A DNA stretch of 64,000 nucleotides from Candidatus Curtissbacteria bacterium (GTDB lineage: Bacteria; Patescibacteriota; Microgenomatia; Curtissbacterales; GWA2-41-24). Of the stretch, positions 37,063 to 45,529 are shown one piece after another; the stretch's first letter is position 1, and each line of letters begins with the position of its first letter. The notes under the pieces were generated by a model. That model was not told the DNA's origin and searched no databases. It was given only the letters and a program-made list of their open reading frames with translations. The position numbers and the translations under genes were made by a program. The stretch is from NCBI GenBank assembly GCA_016183325.1, contig JACPEV010000008.1, positions 472 to 64,471 on the forward strand, read 5' to 3'.

Positions 37063-37374
37063 TCAGTTTTTTTCAAAACCTAGAGTTTTTGCCTTCTCTT
37101 TTAGAGTTTTGAACGATGATTGTTGGGTTATCTGCACTTTCAGATTAATGTTTTCTATTTCGAGTTTTTCAATTTCCTGATCAATTTGTGATATTTTTTG
37201 GCCATCTGTGGCAAGACTTGCGGCAAAAACCATTTGGGTAGCTAAAACTACCAAGATAATAATTGCAGTAACAACTAAAACTTTGACCTTAACTCTTCCG
37301 ATAAGGTTAATATTTTGATTATTATTCTTAATTTTAAAAGCAAAGTTTTTATCGAAAACTGATATGGGCAGCAT
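37063..37374 (-). CDS. ftsL: FtsL-type septum-formation initiator
   Basis: 103 aa with a TM segment and a coiled coil (EIEKLEIENINLKVQITQ). Positioned between rsmH and ftsI. Confidence 0.6.
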   Translation of the reverse strand: MLPISVFDKNFAFKIKNNNQNINLIGRVKVKVLVVTAIIILVVLATQMVFAASLATDGQKISQIDQEIEKLEIENINLKVQITQQSSFKTLKEKAKTLGFEKN

Positions 37375-37417
37375 ATTGTCAAATTTTCAACAGGCGAAGC
37401 CTGATTGAAATTTGTAT

Positions 37418-38365
37418 TTATAATTTTTCGGCGGCCCGGAGCTTTGCGCTTCGGGAACGCGGATTATTTTCTATTTCCCAAAAGGTGGGGCCGACTGGTT
37501 TTTTAGTCAATACCTTGAGCCTTCTTTCTTTTTTGAAGAACCGTTTGACTAAACCGTCTTCAAGTGAATGAAAACTGACAATTACCAATCGGCCTCCTTT
37601 TTTTAAAAGATCTACAGTCTGCGGTAATCCTTCTTCTAAATTTAAAAGTTCGCTGTTAACCACTATCCTCAGAGCTTGAAAAATTCTAGTTTTTATCCCG
37701 ATTCCATGGCTTGCAAATTTCAACCCCCATTGACTTGGCCTTATATATTTTCCTTTTGTATCTCCTGTCGCTTCGTCTATTATTTGGGCTAATTCTTTTG
37801 TTGTTGTTATTGGTTTCACTTCACGGGCGCGACAAATAGCTTCACTAATTGTCCGACTAAACTTTTCTTGACCATACGTTTTAAAAATTTCATATAACCT
37901 CCTTTTGTCAAAATTGTTGACAATATCGTATGCTTTTACGCTTAAGCCTGGATCCATGCGCATATCTAGTGGTCCTTCGCTTGCGTAGCTAAATCCCCTT
38001 TCGGCTTTTTCGATCTGATGACTCGAAATACCAAGGTCAAATAGGATCCCAGAAACGTCGTTGAATCTGTGATCGTTGGCAATTTGACCAACGTTGGCGA
38101 AATTTCCCTGGACAAGGAATAGATTTTGACCAATTTGACAATTGACAAGAGAAGTTTCGCTCTGCGAAATTGACAATTGACATTGATTTTTAAGGTATTC
38201 GATAGCTTCGGGATCACGGTCAATTGCTAAGACTTTCGCTCCTCGTTTTAACAGCTCAAACGTGTGTCCCCCACCGCCTGCAGTCGCATCTATAATGAAA
38301 TCGCCTGGTTTAGGATTCAGGAAGCTAACAATTTCTTGTAAAAGTACGGGTGTGTGATATTTCAC
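37418..38365 (-). CDS. rsmH: 16S rRNA m4C1402 methyltransferase RsmH
   Basis: SAM motif DATAGGGGH, DLGISS, C-terminal PSRRSAKLR. It contains an in-frame CAATTGACA-repeat insertion, see 38131-38185. Confidence 0.9.
   Translation of the reverse strand: MKYHTPVLLQEIVSFLNPKPGDFIIDATAGGGGHTFELLKRGAKVLAIDRDPEAIEYLKNQCQLSISQSETSLVNCQIGQNLFLVQGNFANVGQIANDHRFNDVSGILFDLGISSHQIEKAERGFSYASEGPLDMRMDPGLSVKAYDIVNNFDKRRLYEIFKTYGQEKFSRTISEAICRAREVKPITTTKELAQIIDEATGDTKGKYIRPSQWGLKFASHGIGIKTRIFQALRIVVNSELLNLEEGLPQTVDLLKKGGRLVIVSFHSLEDGLVKRFFKKERRLKVLTKKPVGPTFWEIENNPRSRSAKLRAAEKL
38131..38185 (+). repeat. CAATTGACA-family repeats (two doublets flanking a gaagtttcgctctgcgaaa hairpin) inside the rsmH coding sequence
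   Basis: Read directly. It encodes the extra segment …NQCQLSISQSETSLVNCQIGQN… in RsmH. Confidence 0.55.
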
Positions 38366-38763
38366 TTCGTTATTTTAGACAAATTGCTTTGATACTTTTG
38401 CCAACTAGCCTCTTGCCAAATTTCGAAGTGATCACCAGCACCGATAATTACCGGCTTTGAGATCTTTGCGTATGCCAGTAAATTGCCAGGTATAACAAAC
38501 CGGCCCTGATCATCAAGATTGGTACGCTCGGCTGAGGAGAAAAAGAAGCGGCGTATAGAACGGGAACGCCTCTCGGTGAGTGCGCCAGCCAATTGCTTCG
38601 CCGACTCATTCTCCCAAGTCTTTGTGTCGAAGCCGAAAATACATTTTTCAAAACCCAAAGACAGAATAATTTCGCTTGTTGTAAGCTCATCGCGGATTTT
38701 TTTTGGTAAAGCAATTCTTCGAGATTTTAAATCAAATGAAGGTCTGTAGCTGCCCAGAAACAC
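38362..38763 (-). CDS. mraZ: transcriptional regulator MraZ
   Basis: 133 aa with a duplicated MraZ fold. 4-nt overlap with rsmH. Confidence 0.85.
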   Translation of the reverse strand: MFLGSYRPSFDLKSRRIALPKKIRDELTTSEIILSLGFEKCIFGFDTKTWENESAKQLAGALTERRSRSIRRFFFSSAERTNLDDQGRFVIPGNLLAYAKISKPVIIGAGDHFEIWQEASWQKYQSNLSKITK

Positions 38764-38889
38764 TTTTTACCCTTACTCTCTACTCCCAGGCAGCTATGTG
38801 CAATTAGGAGTACCGATAATGATTCACCAAAAATCACCATCTATTTCCATTTTTCACCATGATTTGGTTGTTGTCAAGGGGGGAAAGTA

Positions 38890-38921
38890 AACAATTAACA
38901 ATTGACAGTTAACAATTGACT
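38890..38921. promoter_or_regulatory. three direct AACAATTRAC repeats at ~10-11-nt phasing upstream of mraZ (candidate MraZ operator)
   Basis: acaattaacaattgacagttaacaattgac lies about 130 nt upstream of the mraZ start. It is the same motif as the intragenic CAATTGACA repeats. Confidence 0.4.
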
Positions 38922-39025
38922 ATGAGCTAGCGGTTAGAGAGTAATTTGGAAGATCAAAAGTGAAATTAGGACAATAAGTGTTACTAGGATTCCAATTATT
39001 GTTAAAATTTGCTTAGTTAAATCAG

Positions 39026-40621
39026 TCATACTAATTGAGCCGTCAATTTAGGCTGTATAACTTCTGGTAAATTTACTTTTTGAAATTTGGCGTAGGGGGT
39101 TTTTGGGTATTCAGGGTCGTAAGGACGCATATCAAAAGGGTTGTTATAGTCAAGACAGCCTGTACAGTGTGATGAATGCATTTCTTCCTGGGTCATGTTA
39201 AGCGACCTGGCCATACCACCAAGAGTAAGATAGTGCAGTGAAGATACATTCAGTTTACGCTTGATTTGATCTTCTGACAGAGTTTTATAATTACCATGCT
39301 TATCCTTTGTAACTGCTCCAAGCTCATCTCTTGAACCAATATTGACACCCAAAAAACAAGGATTGACAAACCGCGGGGCTAAAAATCGACAATGGATAGT
39401 TTTTACTCCAATTTTCAGAAGATGGGCGACCAGAATACTGAAGGTAGTCAGACGAACTGCCGTATCGTCGATTAAGTATATGGATTTGCCGATGAGGCTG
39501 GGCGATATAAAAAACTTTTTTTCGACATCTTTTTTCCTAAGATACGGATCGTCTTCAATGAAAGAACGTTTGGCGTGATCATATCTCTCTTTAACCAGAC
39601 CTCTTTTGTATCTAAATTTGAGTTTGGGGGACAGTTTATTTGCCAGCGATTCGTAAAAAGCGTAAGCTCCGGGATTGGCGGTATCTGGTACGGCAACCAC
39701 ATAATCGATGGCTTCGATAGTCTCTCTTCTAATCTTTTGTGATTTGATCCTGGCGTATTCTTCATTTGCTAGTTGACTGCCCAAACTTTCCCGATTTTGG
39801 CCAATGACTCCATCCCAAATAGAAGTCTCATGGGAAAAATACAGTTTTTCAAAAACACAAAAACTTCTTTTTTGAGGCATCAAATACTGGGCGATTGTAA
39901 CGCCGGTGCTATCTGCAATTAACATCTGTCCGGCTTCGATTTTTTGGCTGTGAGGAATGTTAATCCTGTCAAGTGCACAAGTTTCAGAAGCAACGAAGGC
40001 ATGGCCGTTGTCTTGGCTCCAAACCAGCGGTCTGACTCCCCAAGGATCTCGAAGTGCAATTAACTTGTCGTCACCGGTGACCATAACAAGCGAGAAAGCT
40101 CCTTTGACGTCGCAGAGGCTCTGGGCGATTTTTTGCCGCCAGGTAAAGCCGGGAGCCGTGACAATTAGCCAGGCAAGAATTTCTGAATCGGAATCAGATT
40201 CGAGTCTTATTCCAAATTTAGCCAATTTTCTGCGATGTTTTTTCAAATCGACAACATTACCATTGTGACCAAGTGCCACCTCCCAACCTTGATGTGAAGC
40301 GTGAAATGGTTGAGCGTCACAATCGCGACGCCGGCTGCCTTCTGTAGGATACCTTAGGTGGGCAATAGTAATTTCGCCTTTTAGAGAATTCTGATCCACA
40401 ATTTCTGTAGAACTAAAGATTTCGTTGAAAGCTCTGGCTTCTTTGTAAACTCTTAAGATTTGCCCTTGGGGCTTGACAGCGATTCCTCCACCGTTTTGGC
40501 CACGATGTTGAAGGGCCTTGCCCATTTCGATTGCTACAGCCGAGGCGTTAACGCCCTGAGGCGCTAAGCAACCGGCTACTCCGCAGCGATCGTAGGGTTT
40601 GTCAGGAAGATCCAGATTCAT
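39026..40621 (-). CDS. amidophosphoribosyltransferase-like protein (class II GATase + PRTase domains)
   Basis: N-terminal propeptide then CGVAG nucleophile. PRTase motif IYLIDDTAVRLTT. C-terminal Cys cluster. 531 aa. Confidence 0.55.
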   Translation of the reverse strand: MNLDLPDKPYDRCGVAGCLAPQGVNASAVAIEMGKALQHRGQNGGGIAVKPQGQILRVYKEARAFNEIFSSTEIVDQNSLKGEITIAHLRYPTEGSRRRDCDAQPFHASHQGWEVALGHNGNVVDLKKHRRKLAKFGIRLESDSDSEILAWLIVTAPGFTWRQKIAQSLCDVKGAFSLVMVTGDDKLIALRDPWGVRPLVWSQDNGHAFVASETCALDRINIPHSQKIEAGQMLIADSTGVTIAQYLMPQKRSFCVFEKLYFSHETSIWDGVIGQNRESLGSQLANEEYARIKSQKIRRETIEAIDYVVAVPDTANPGAYAFYESLANKLSPKLKFRYKRGLVKERYDHAKRSFIEDDPYLRKKDVEKKFFISPSLIGKSIYLIDDTAVRLTTFSILVAHLLKIGVKTIHCRFLAPRFVNPCFLGVNIGSRDELGAVTKDKHGNYKTLSEDQIKRKLNVSSLHYLTLGGMARSLNMTQEEMHSSHCTGCLDYNNPFDMRPYDPEYPKTPYAKFQKVNLPEVIQPKLTAQLV

Positions 40622-40723
40622 ATTTGTGGCCTTTTCCAGTTCTTAGTATCTGCTGCAAAATACTTTTTGTCAATTTCCAACACCTAGTTTTGTTTCTAAT
40701 TTTTTCGCCAGTCCCCCTGTCTT

Positions 40724-40795
40724 GACTCTCTCCTGCCTTGCACTGTCACGCTCCCGTATCGTGGCAGTATCGTCCTCGAGGGTCTGGAAATCAAC
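40724..40795 (-). repeat. decayed copy of the glyS 3' end (left island boundary)
   Basis: gactctctcctgccttgcactgtcacgctcccgtatcgtggcagtatcgtcctcgagggtc is about 70% identical to glyS 3'-end sequence at 51913-51975 and 51024-51085. The cacg-tcccg-atcgtg palindromic core is retained. Confidence 0.45.
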
Positions 40796-40878
40796 TTATT
40801 AAGGAAACGTTCCGCGAGTCAAGAGAGGAAAATTAGGGCAGGAAAACTGAAAGAAAAATTGCTTGAACTTTATTAATC

Positions 40879-41487
40879 TTACAGCCTTTCCATTTCTCTA
40901 TTTGCTTGTTCCGGACTAATGCTAGCAATCTGTTGGCTTTCTTTTGTCACGTAAAGGGTATCAGAATCATCGAGAAATTTGAGTTGAGATCTTTCGTATT
41001 TTCCCAGGCCAAGGTATTTGGCAATATCTCCTTCTCGTTGTTTAAATTCTTGGTCTTCAATTCTCAATTCCGGAACGTATGAATTGTTTGTAGGATCAAA
41101 ATATTCTACTTTTAATAATCTGACACAAGCCCCAACGCCGGTTTCATCCTGGGATACGATTAGCGACTGGCAAATCTGCCGCATCGGAGGATTCCAAAAA
41201 TCGCCAGGCTTCATATCGTTCATTGCTCTATACCTGAAACCTACCCTATTTTTTTCAAAAGCTTCAGCTTCGGAAATCCTCACCCGCCTATTGATTCCAA
41301 TAAGAGAGATTACTATTCTGCCATCTTTTGAAAGCTCTTCAGTTAATTTTATGACATTATTTTGGAATAATTGTGACGTTCTTGATTCAGGTGATTTGTC
41401 TTCTGGTCTTTCAGCCATTTTTTCATCCTCTTCCATTCCCGCTGATAAGTTGTCGTCTTGCTTCTCTAATGATATAAGAAAATGCAT
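40879..41487 (-). CDS. hypothetical protein ending in the shared C-terminal tail (ISPEQANREMERL); island gene 6
   Basis: The annotated start overlaps the helicase by 64 nt. Likelier starts are MEEDEK at 41436 or MAERPE at 41418, the latter 5 nt after the helicase stop and preceded by GGAAGAGGA. Confidence 0.5.
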   Translation of the reverse strand: MHFLISLEKQDDNLSAGMEEDEKMAERPEDKSPESRTSQLFQNNVIKLTEELSKDGRIVISLIGINRRVRISEAEAFEKNRVGFRYRAMNDMKPGDFWNPPMRQICQSLIVSQDETGVGACVRLLKVEYFDPTNNSYVPELRIEDQEFKQREGDIAKYLGLGKYERSQLKFLDDSDTLYVTKESQQIASISPEQANREMERL

Positions 41488-44400
41488 TCAACCTATCTTT
41501 GGGCATTCTATCGGTAACTGATAAATCTTGCAAAATCCGAATGCAGAATTCTTCTGCTTGAGGCCAATCCCATCCTGTGATTCTCGAAATTGGTCGGATT
41601 AAGTTTGTCCTGTAATCTCTGAAGTCTTGTATGGAAACTCCTCGTAAGAAATCTAAAATTGAGTTTTCCCTTTTAATAAGGGGTTCACCAGTCAAGATAA
41701 GTTCAACATCTTTATCAGTATCCACACTACGAATCTCTATTTCCGGCTTCTGTGTAGTTGTGACGTTTGGATTATATATTTCAAAGTGATCAAGCTCTAA
41801 ACGGAGCTGTGGCGACGGATAATCTGTTCCAGGACTCTTCCTCACTCTGCGGTTTGCCTTGGGACCTATGCTTAACCAGGCGCGTGAATCAGTAAGTAAT
41901 TCCAAGTCAGACAGGGTTAGACCTTTTAAGTCTACTTCTCCAACTTTTTGCGCCAAAATCGACCATCCAAGGCTTTTCTTGGTGCCGAGCTTACTAATTC
42001 CAATTGCACGCCCGCTATATTCTTGGTCAACCTTAAAACCAAAATGTTCTTCAAGAGCTGCTGTAAATTTTCTGAACTTGTCATCGTCTAAAACTCTTTC
42101 CGGTAAAGTTAGGGAGAAATAACCACTATTTTTAAGGACTCGGTTGCTTTCCCTTAGTATCTTCGTTCTTTCGGAATCTTCTGCCTTCACAGAACCTTTA
42201 TTTGAAAGTGAGGAATAATGTAGAACAAAAGCATTATCCAAAAAGTCATACGTATCATCCCGAGACTCTAGCTCATCGGCTCTTCCGAATTTTGCAGTAC
42301 CACCAAATATTCTTGCTTTTTCCCATCCTACTTGCAAAATATATGGATTAATGTCGACGTTATCAATACCCCTTTTTAGCTTTCTTTGCAGAAGAAGGGT
42401 CCCTGCGCCAACGCTCAAAATTTGACTTTCCTCTTCTGATTTAGTTTTAATCAGATGGCTTACGAAGTCAGCATTATATCCTGTTATATGATACTCATCT
42501 CTTCCTTCATCATAAAATTTAACCGCGATTCTTTGCGGATCTATCTCGTTTGTATGAAACATTTCAAGCGTCCTCTCTGCCCCCGCACCTGTCATGTTAT
42601 GGAAAGCTGTTGAGAGATATAATGAATCTTTGCTTCTAATTTCAATCCTATTCCCAAGTCTTTTAGAATCAAAAAATTCTTGTTGATCTGGATGTAAAAC
42701 AATTCCGGAAAGTGCCATTCTTGAAAGTAGATATGAGTAAACAACTGCTTCACCTTTACCTTGATCAACCATATCTTTAACTTCCAAAACCAGATTTTCG
42801 ACAGGGACAAGTTGTCCTTGTCTTTGCGATCTTCCTACCATCTGTTTTAACTGTTGAAAATGCCAGGGGGGTCCTAAGAAAATTTTTCTTACACCTACAA
42901 TCTCCCTGTCTTGTTCGTCCTTCAGGGCGTTTAATGTGTAATCCCTACTTTGATAGGTGGCTTCAAGCGTGACCAACATAAGCGCAGAACTTGGATTATT
43001 GACCCATCGAGAAATGACAGCTTCCCGCGGCCTTCCCACCCCGATTGTTCCATCTATCATTAATATGTCTTCAGGTGAACATAGACCGCTTACCCAAGAT
43101 TTTAGGAGAGTCATCAACTTAAAATCATTTATCGTATCCAATTCGTAACTTGTATATAAATTTGTTACTGACCCATCCTCTTGATTTATTGCTCGCTGCA
43201 AGACATCACCAGTTCGCCCTTGTCTACGTGAAGGAGAAATAATAAATACTTTGTCTCTAACTATTCTTCCATCTTCTGACTGCCTCCATGTCAACGAATC
43301 CGTGACGAGTCGTTTTAACGTTTTATATTTGGTTGATAACTTCCGACTCATCCAAAATTTTCTTAATTCAGCCAGGTCGGCATCAGAAGAATCTTTGGTA
43401 AGTTCTTCTACTAATGTATCCACTCCATTTTCTAAAAGCTCACTAAAGAAACAGGATAGTACTAAATCTCCCATTCCAATTTCGACTAGTCGATCTGCGC
43501 TTAAAAAATCTTCAGATTTTTGTGGAGAATCTACTCCCTTGAACTCTTTCCATTTGGGAACTATGAGTTTTAATATATTCAAAGTTTCGTCAATATCCAT
43601 TTCCTGAATTTTATCTTTTGCCATTCTTCGAATCTCCACTTTAGTGAGAAGTGGGTTCAGCAATGCATCTTCCAATAACCTAATCTTATTAAGAGGATTT
43701 GTTTGTATGTTGTCTTCAATGAATTGATGCAAATATTCTTCAAAGGGAGATGCTTGAATACTAAAAGGTGTGTATCTGAATTCTTGTACTCCGGTGGCCT
43801 GTTCCCACCTAAACATTCTTTTTTCTCCAATTAATGACATGTATACCAGGTCAGGGCGATTTAAATGGGCATCGCTAAAGGTTTTTCTTCTTGCAGTCGA
43901 AAATTCATGAACAGGAACATATTCAGATGGATATAGAATTGACATAGGCACATTTAAGTTGGCAAGTTTACTTCTGATTGGAGTGGCAGTAAGTCCCAGG
44001 ATCGGCGCATCTTCGTTTCCGGTTCTTTCTTGATAATTTTGACGTATTTTGCCGATTAAATGGAGTAATGCCTTAGAAGAAATTGCATCGTAATTATTGA
44101 AGTTATCAATCTCGTCAATTATTGAAGCGTCTACTTTTGCTGATTTAATTAGGGTTTCCTCAAGCAAAGGAAGCAAATTTGAATCACTTTGCGTGTCTTC
44201 CAGTAATTCTTGGCTAATAACTATATATTTCTTGCCTGAGTTTGCCGCATTTTTCAGCTCACCAGATCCTTTGACAATGTAAACTTGATCCGGATTGGTA
44301 AACGCAACATTTGATTCAATTTCCCATGTTTCTTTCCCTGCTGCTGTTGCAAAAACCAACACTCTTGCAGCATCCGAGTTTTCCATAGCTAGGTAAGCAG

Positions 44401-45394
44401 CGCTAGTTTTTCCAAGTCCCGTATCAGCTGCCAAAAGCCTTGTATTATGCCTTACAAAGTCGTAACAAAATGTTCTCTGTTCAAATGAGGGGAATGGCCT
44501 GGTTTGGTCTTTGACTTGAATTTGGGATTTAAATTCTCCTTTCAGCGGGAAAGTGGCTATATCATAAAATCGTTCGTGAATTTTTTCCAAAAATTGTTTT
44601 TTATCGGGATCTGTGCATTGCTTGATCACCTCTTCAAATTGTTTCATTCCCTCTTGAAGCCCGGCGTCCGTAATACTTCTTGAAAGGCTTTGTTCCAAAT
44701 AATTTTGAACTAAGTTGTATTTAATTGCATATATATTTCTAAAAATTTTCTTGGGGACTCTGTCTATCATGTCAACGATATCCATGTCTCTTTGAGGCAT
44801 AGTTCCAGTAAGAAGTCCAATATAAGGTCTGATAAGAGCAGTGGTTACCCAGGCACGGAGTTCTTCAATTTTTTTGGCATCCGTGACATTCTCGAATAAT
44901 TCCAATGTCATGATTTGACCTACTACCTCTAGAGGCCAACCGGCATCGACAAGCTCTTTGACATTAATATTCTCTGCCAACTTTGTTTCTACGACCTTTT
45001 GCGCTTCTTCATCCTCATGAGTCCCTCGCTTTATATGTCCTTTTTCTACTAGTAAAAGCTGCAAGTCTTCATACAATTCTTTGCCATGTGCTTTAATTTC
45101 TGCTTCTGCTTGCAGGCGTTCCTCATCAGATTTGAGTTGAATTACCATATCATCTCGAGGGATAAAATTCCTGAGAAGGAAAAGGGGGTCTTTTTGTTGC
45201 GCGTATATTCCACCTTCAATAAGCTTTTTCGCATAGTAAAATTTATGTCTAAGACGTGTTGAAGATGCGTAATTAGCTTCAAAAGTGCTACTTCCTTGCC
45301 AGTTTAGAACCCGATCTTCAAAATCGGGTGGTAGGATTATTTCTCCTTGTGGAGCCTCGTTCAGTCTCTCAATCATTAGGACTGATTTTATCAA
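41423..45394 (-). CDS. large SF2 helicase fused to a class I SAM-dependent methyltransferase-like domain (N-terminal ~320-aa unknown domain, C-terminal ~250-aa unknown domain)
   Basis: Helicase motifs I ADTGLGKTS, III LTATP and VI QMVGRSQRQGQ. MTase motifs I ILSVGAGTLLL, II DDTYDFLDNAFVLH and the RVLKNSGYFSL block. The annotated start is TTG; the ATG at 45376 (MIERLNEAPQG) is likelier. Confidence 0.7.
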   Translation of the reverse strand: MIKSVLMIERLNEAPQGEIILPPDFEDRVLNWQGSSTFEANYASSTRLRHKFYYAKKLIEGGIYAQQKDPLFLLRNFIPRDDMVIQLKSDEERLQAEAEIKAHGKELYEDLQLLLVEKGHIKRGTHEDEEAQKVVETKLAENINVKELVDAGWPLEVVGQIMTLELFENVTDAKKIEELRAWVTTALIRPYIGLLTGTMPQRDMDIVDMIDRVPKKIFRNIYAIKYNLVQNYLEQSLSRSITDAGLQEGMKQFEEVIKQCTDPDKKQFLEKIHERFYDIATFPLKGEFKSQIQVKDQTRPFPSFEQRTFCYDFVRHNTRLLAADTGLGKTSAAYLAMENSDAARVLVFATAAGKETWEIESNVAFTNPDQVYIVKGSGELKNAANSGKKYIVISQELLEDTQSDSNLLPLLEETLIKSAKVDASIIDEIDNFNNYDAISSKALLHLIGKIRQNYQERTGNEDAPILGLTATPIRSKLANLNVPMSILYPSEYVPVHEFSTARRKTFSDAHLNRPDLVYMSLIGEKRMFRWEQATGVQEFRYTPFSIQASPFEEYLHQFIEDNIQTNPLNKIRLLEDALLNPLLTKVEIRRMAKDKIQEMDIDETLNILKLIVPKWKEFKGVDSPQKSEDFLSADRLVEIGMGDLVLSCFFSELLENGVDTLVEELTKDSSDADLAELRKFWMSRKLSTKYKTLKRLVTDSLTWRQSEDGRIVRDKVFIISPSRRQGRTGDVLQRAINQEDGSVTNLYTSYELDTINDFKLMTLLKSWVSGLCSPEDILMIDGTIGVGRPREAVISRWVNNPSSALMLVTLEATYQSRDYTLNALKDEQDREIVGVRKIFLGPPWHFQQLKQMVGRSQRQGQLVPVENLVLEVKDMVDQGKGEAVVYSYLLSRMALSGIVLHPDQQEFFDSKRLGNRIEIRSKDSLYLSTAFHNMTGAGAERTLEMFHTNEIDPQRIAVKFYDEGRDEYHITGYNADFVSHLIKTKSEEESQILSVGAGTLLLQRKLKRGIDNVDINPYILQVGWEKARIFGGTAKFGRADELESRDDTYDFLDNAFVLHYSSLSNKGSVKAEDSERTKILRESNRVLKNSGYFSLTLPERVLDDDKFRKFTAALEEHFGFKVDQEYSGRAIGISKLGTKKSLGWSILAQKVGEVDLKGLTLSDLELLTDSRAWLSIGPKANRRVRKSPGTDYPSPQLRLELDHFEIYNPNVTTTQKPEIEIRSVDTDKDVELILTGEPLIKRENSILDFLRGVSIQDFRDYRTNLIRPISRITGWDWPQAEEFCIRILQDLSVTDRMPKDRLNAFSYIIREARRQLISGNGRG

Positions 45395-45413
45395 ATTTAG
45401 CCTATAGTTTCAA
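45385..45413 (-). promoter_or_regulatory. promoter P2 for the helicase gene: TTGAAA-N17-TAAAAT, 8 nt before the ATG (near-leaderless)
   Basis: Minus strand reads TTGAAActataggctaaatttgaTAAAATcagtcctaATG. It is almost identical to P1 at 50852-50880. The shared upstream motif CTAACAAGTGCCTTA is at 45498-45512. Confidence 0.5.
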
Positions 45414-45529
45414 ATCTGAAAAGTGATGTCTGCTCTTCTGTTTGCAAAATCTCAAATTAATTTTACGGTCCATGCTGATCCTTTGCATGATATTTACCTA
45501 ACAAGTGCCTTAGAGAGCATTATTGATTT

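Noticed and set aside
41423-41487. 64-nt overlap between the helicase 3' end and the following tagged gene
   Set aside because: It is probably an artefact of the longest-ORF choice. In-frame ATGs at 41436 and 41418 give a 5-nt spacer after the helicase stop with a GGAAGAGGA ribosome-binding site.
43700-43760. 'GPPW' in the helicase, read as motif IV (D/N-PP-Y/W) of a DNA N6-adenine methyltransferase
   Set aside because: It lies within helicase motif VI (QMVGRSQRQGQ) and upstream of the MTase motif I. The actual MTase-like block has no PP-aromatic motif.
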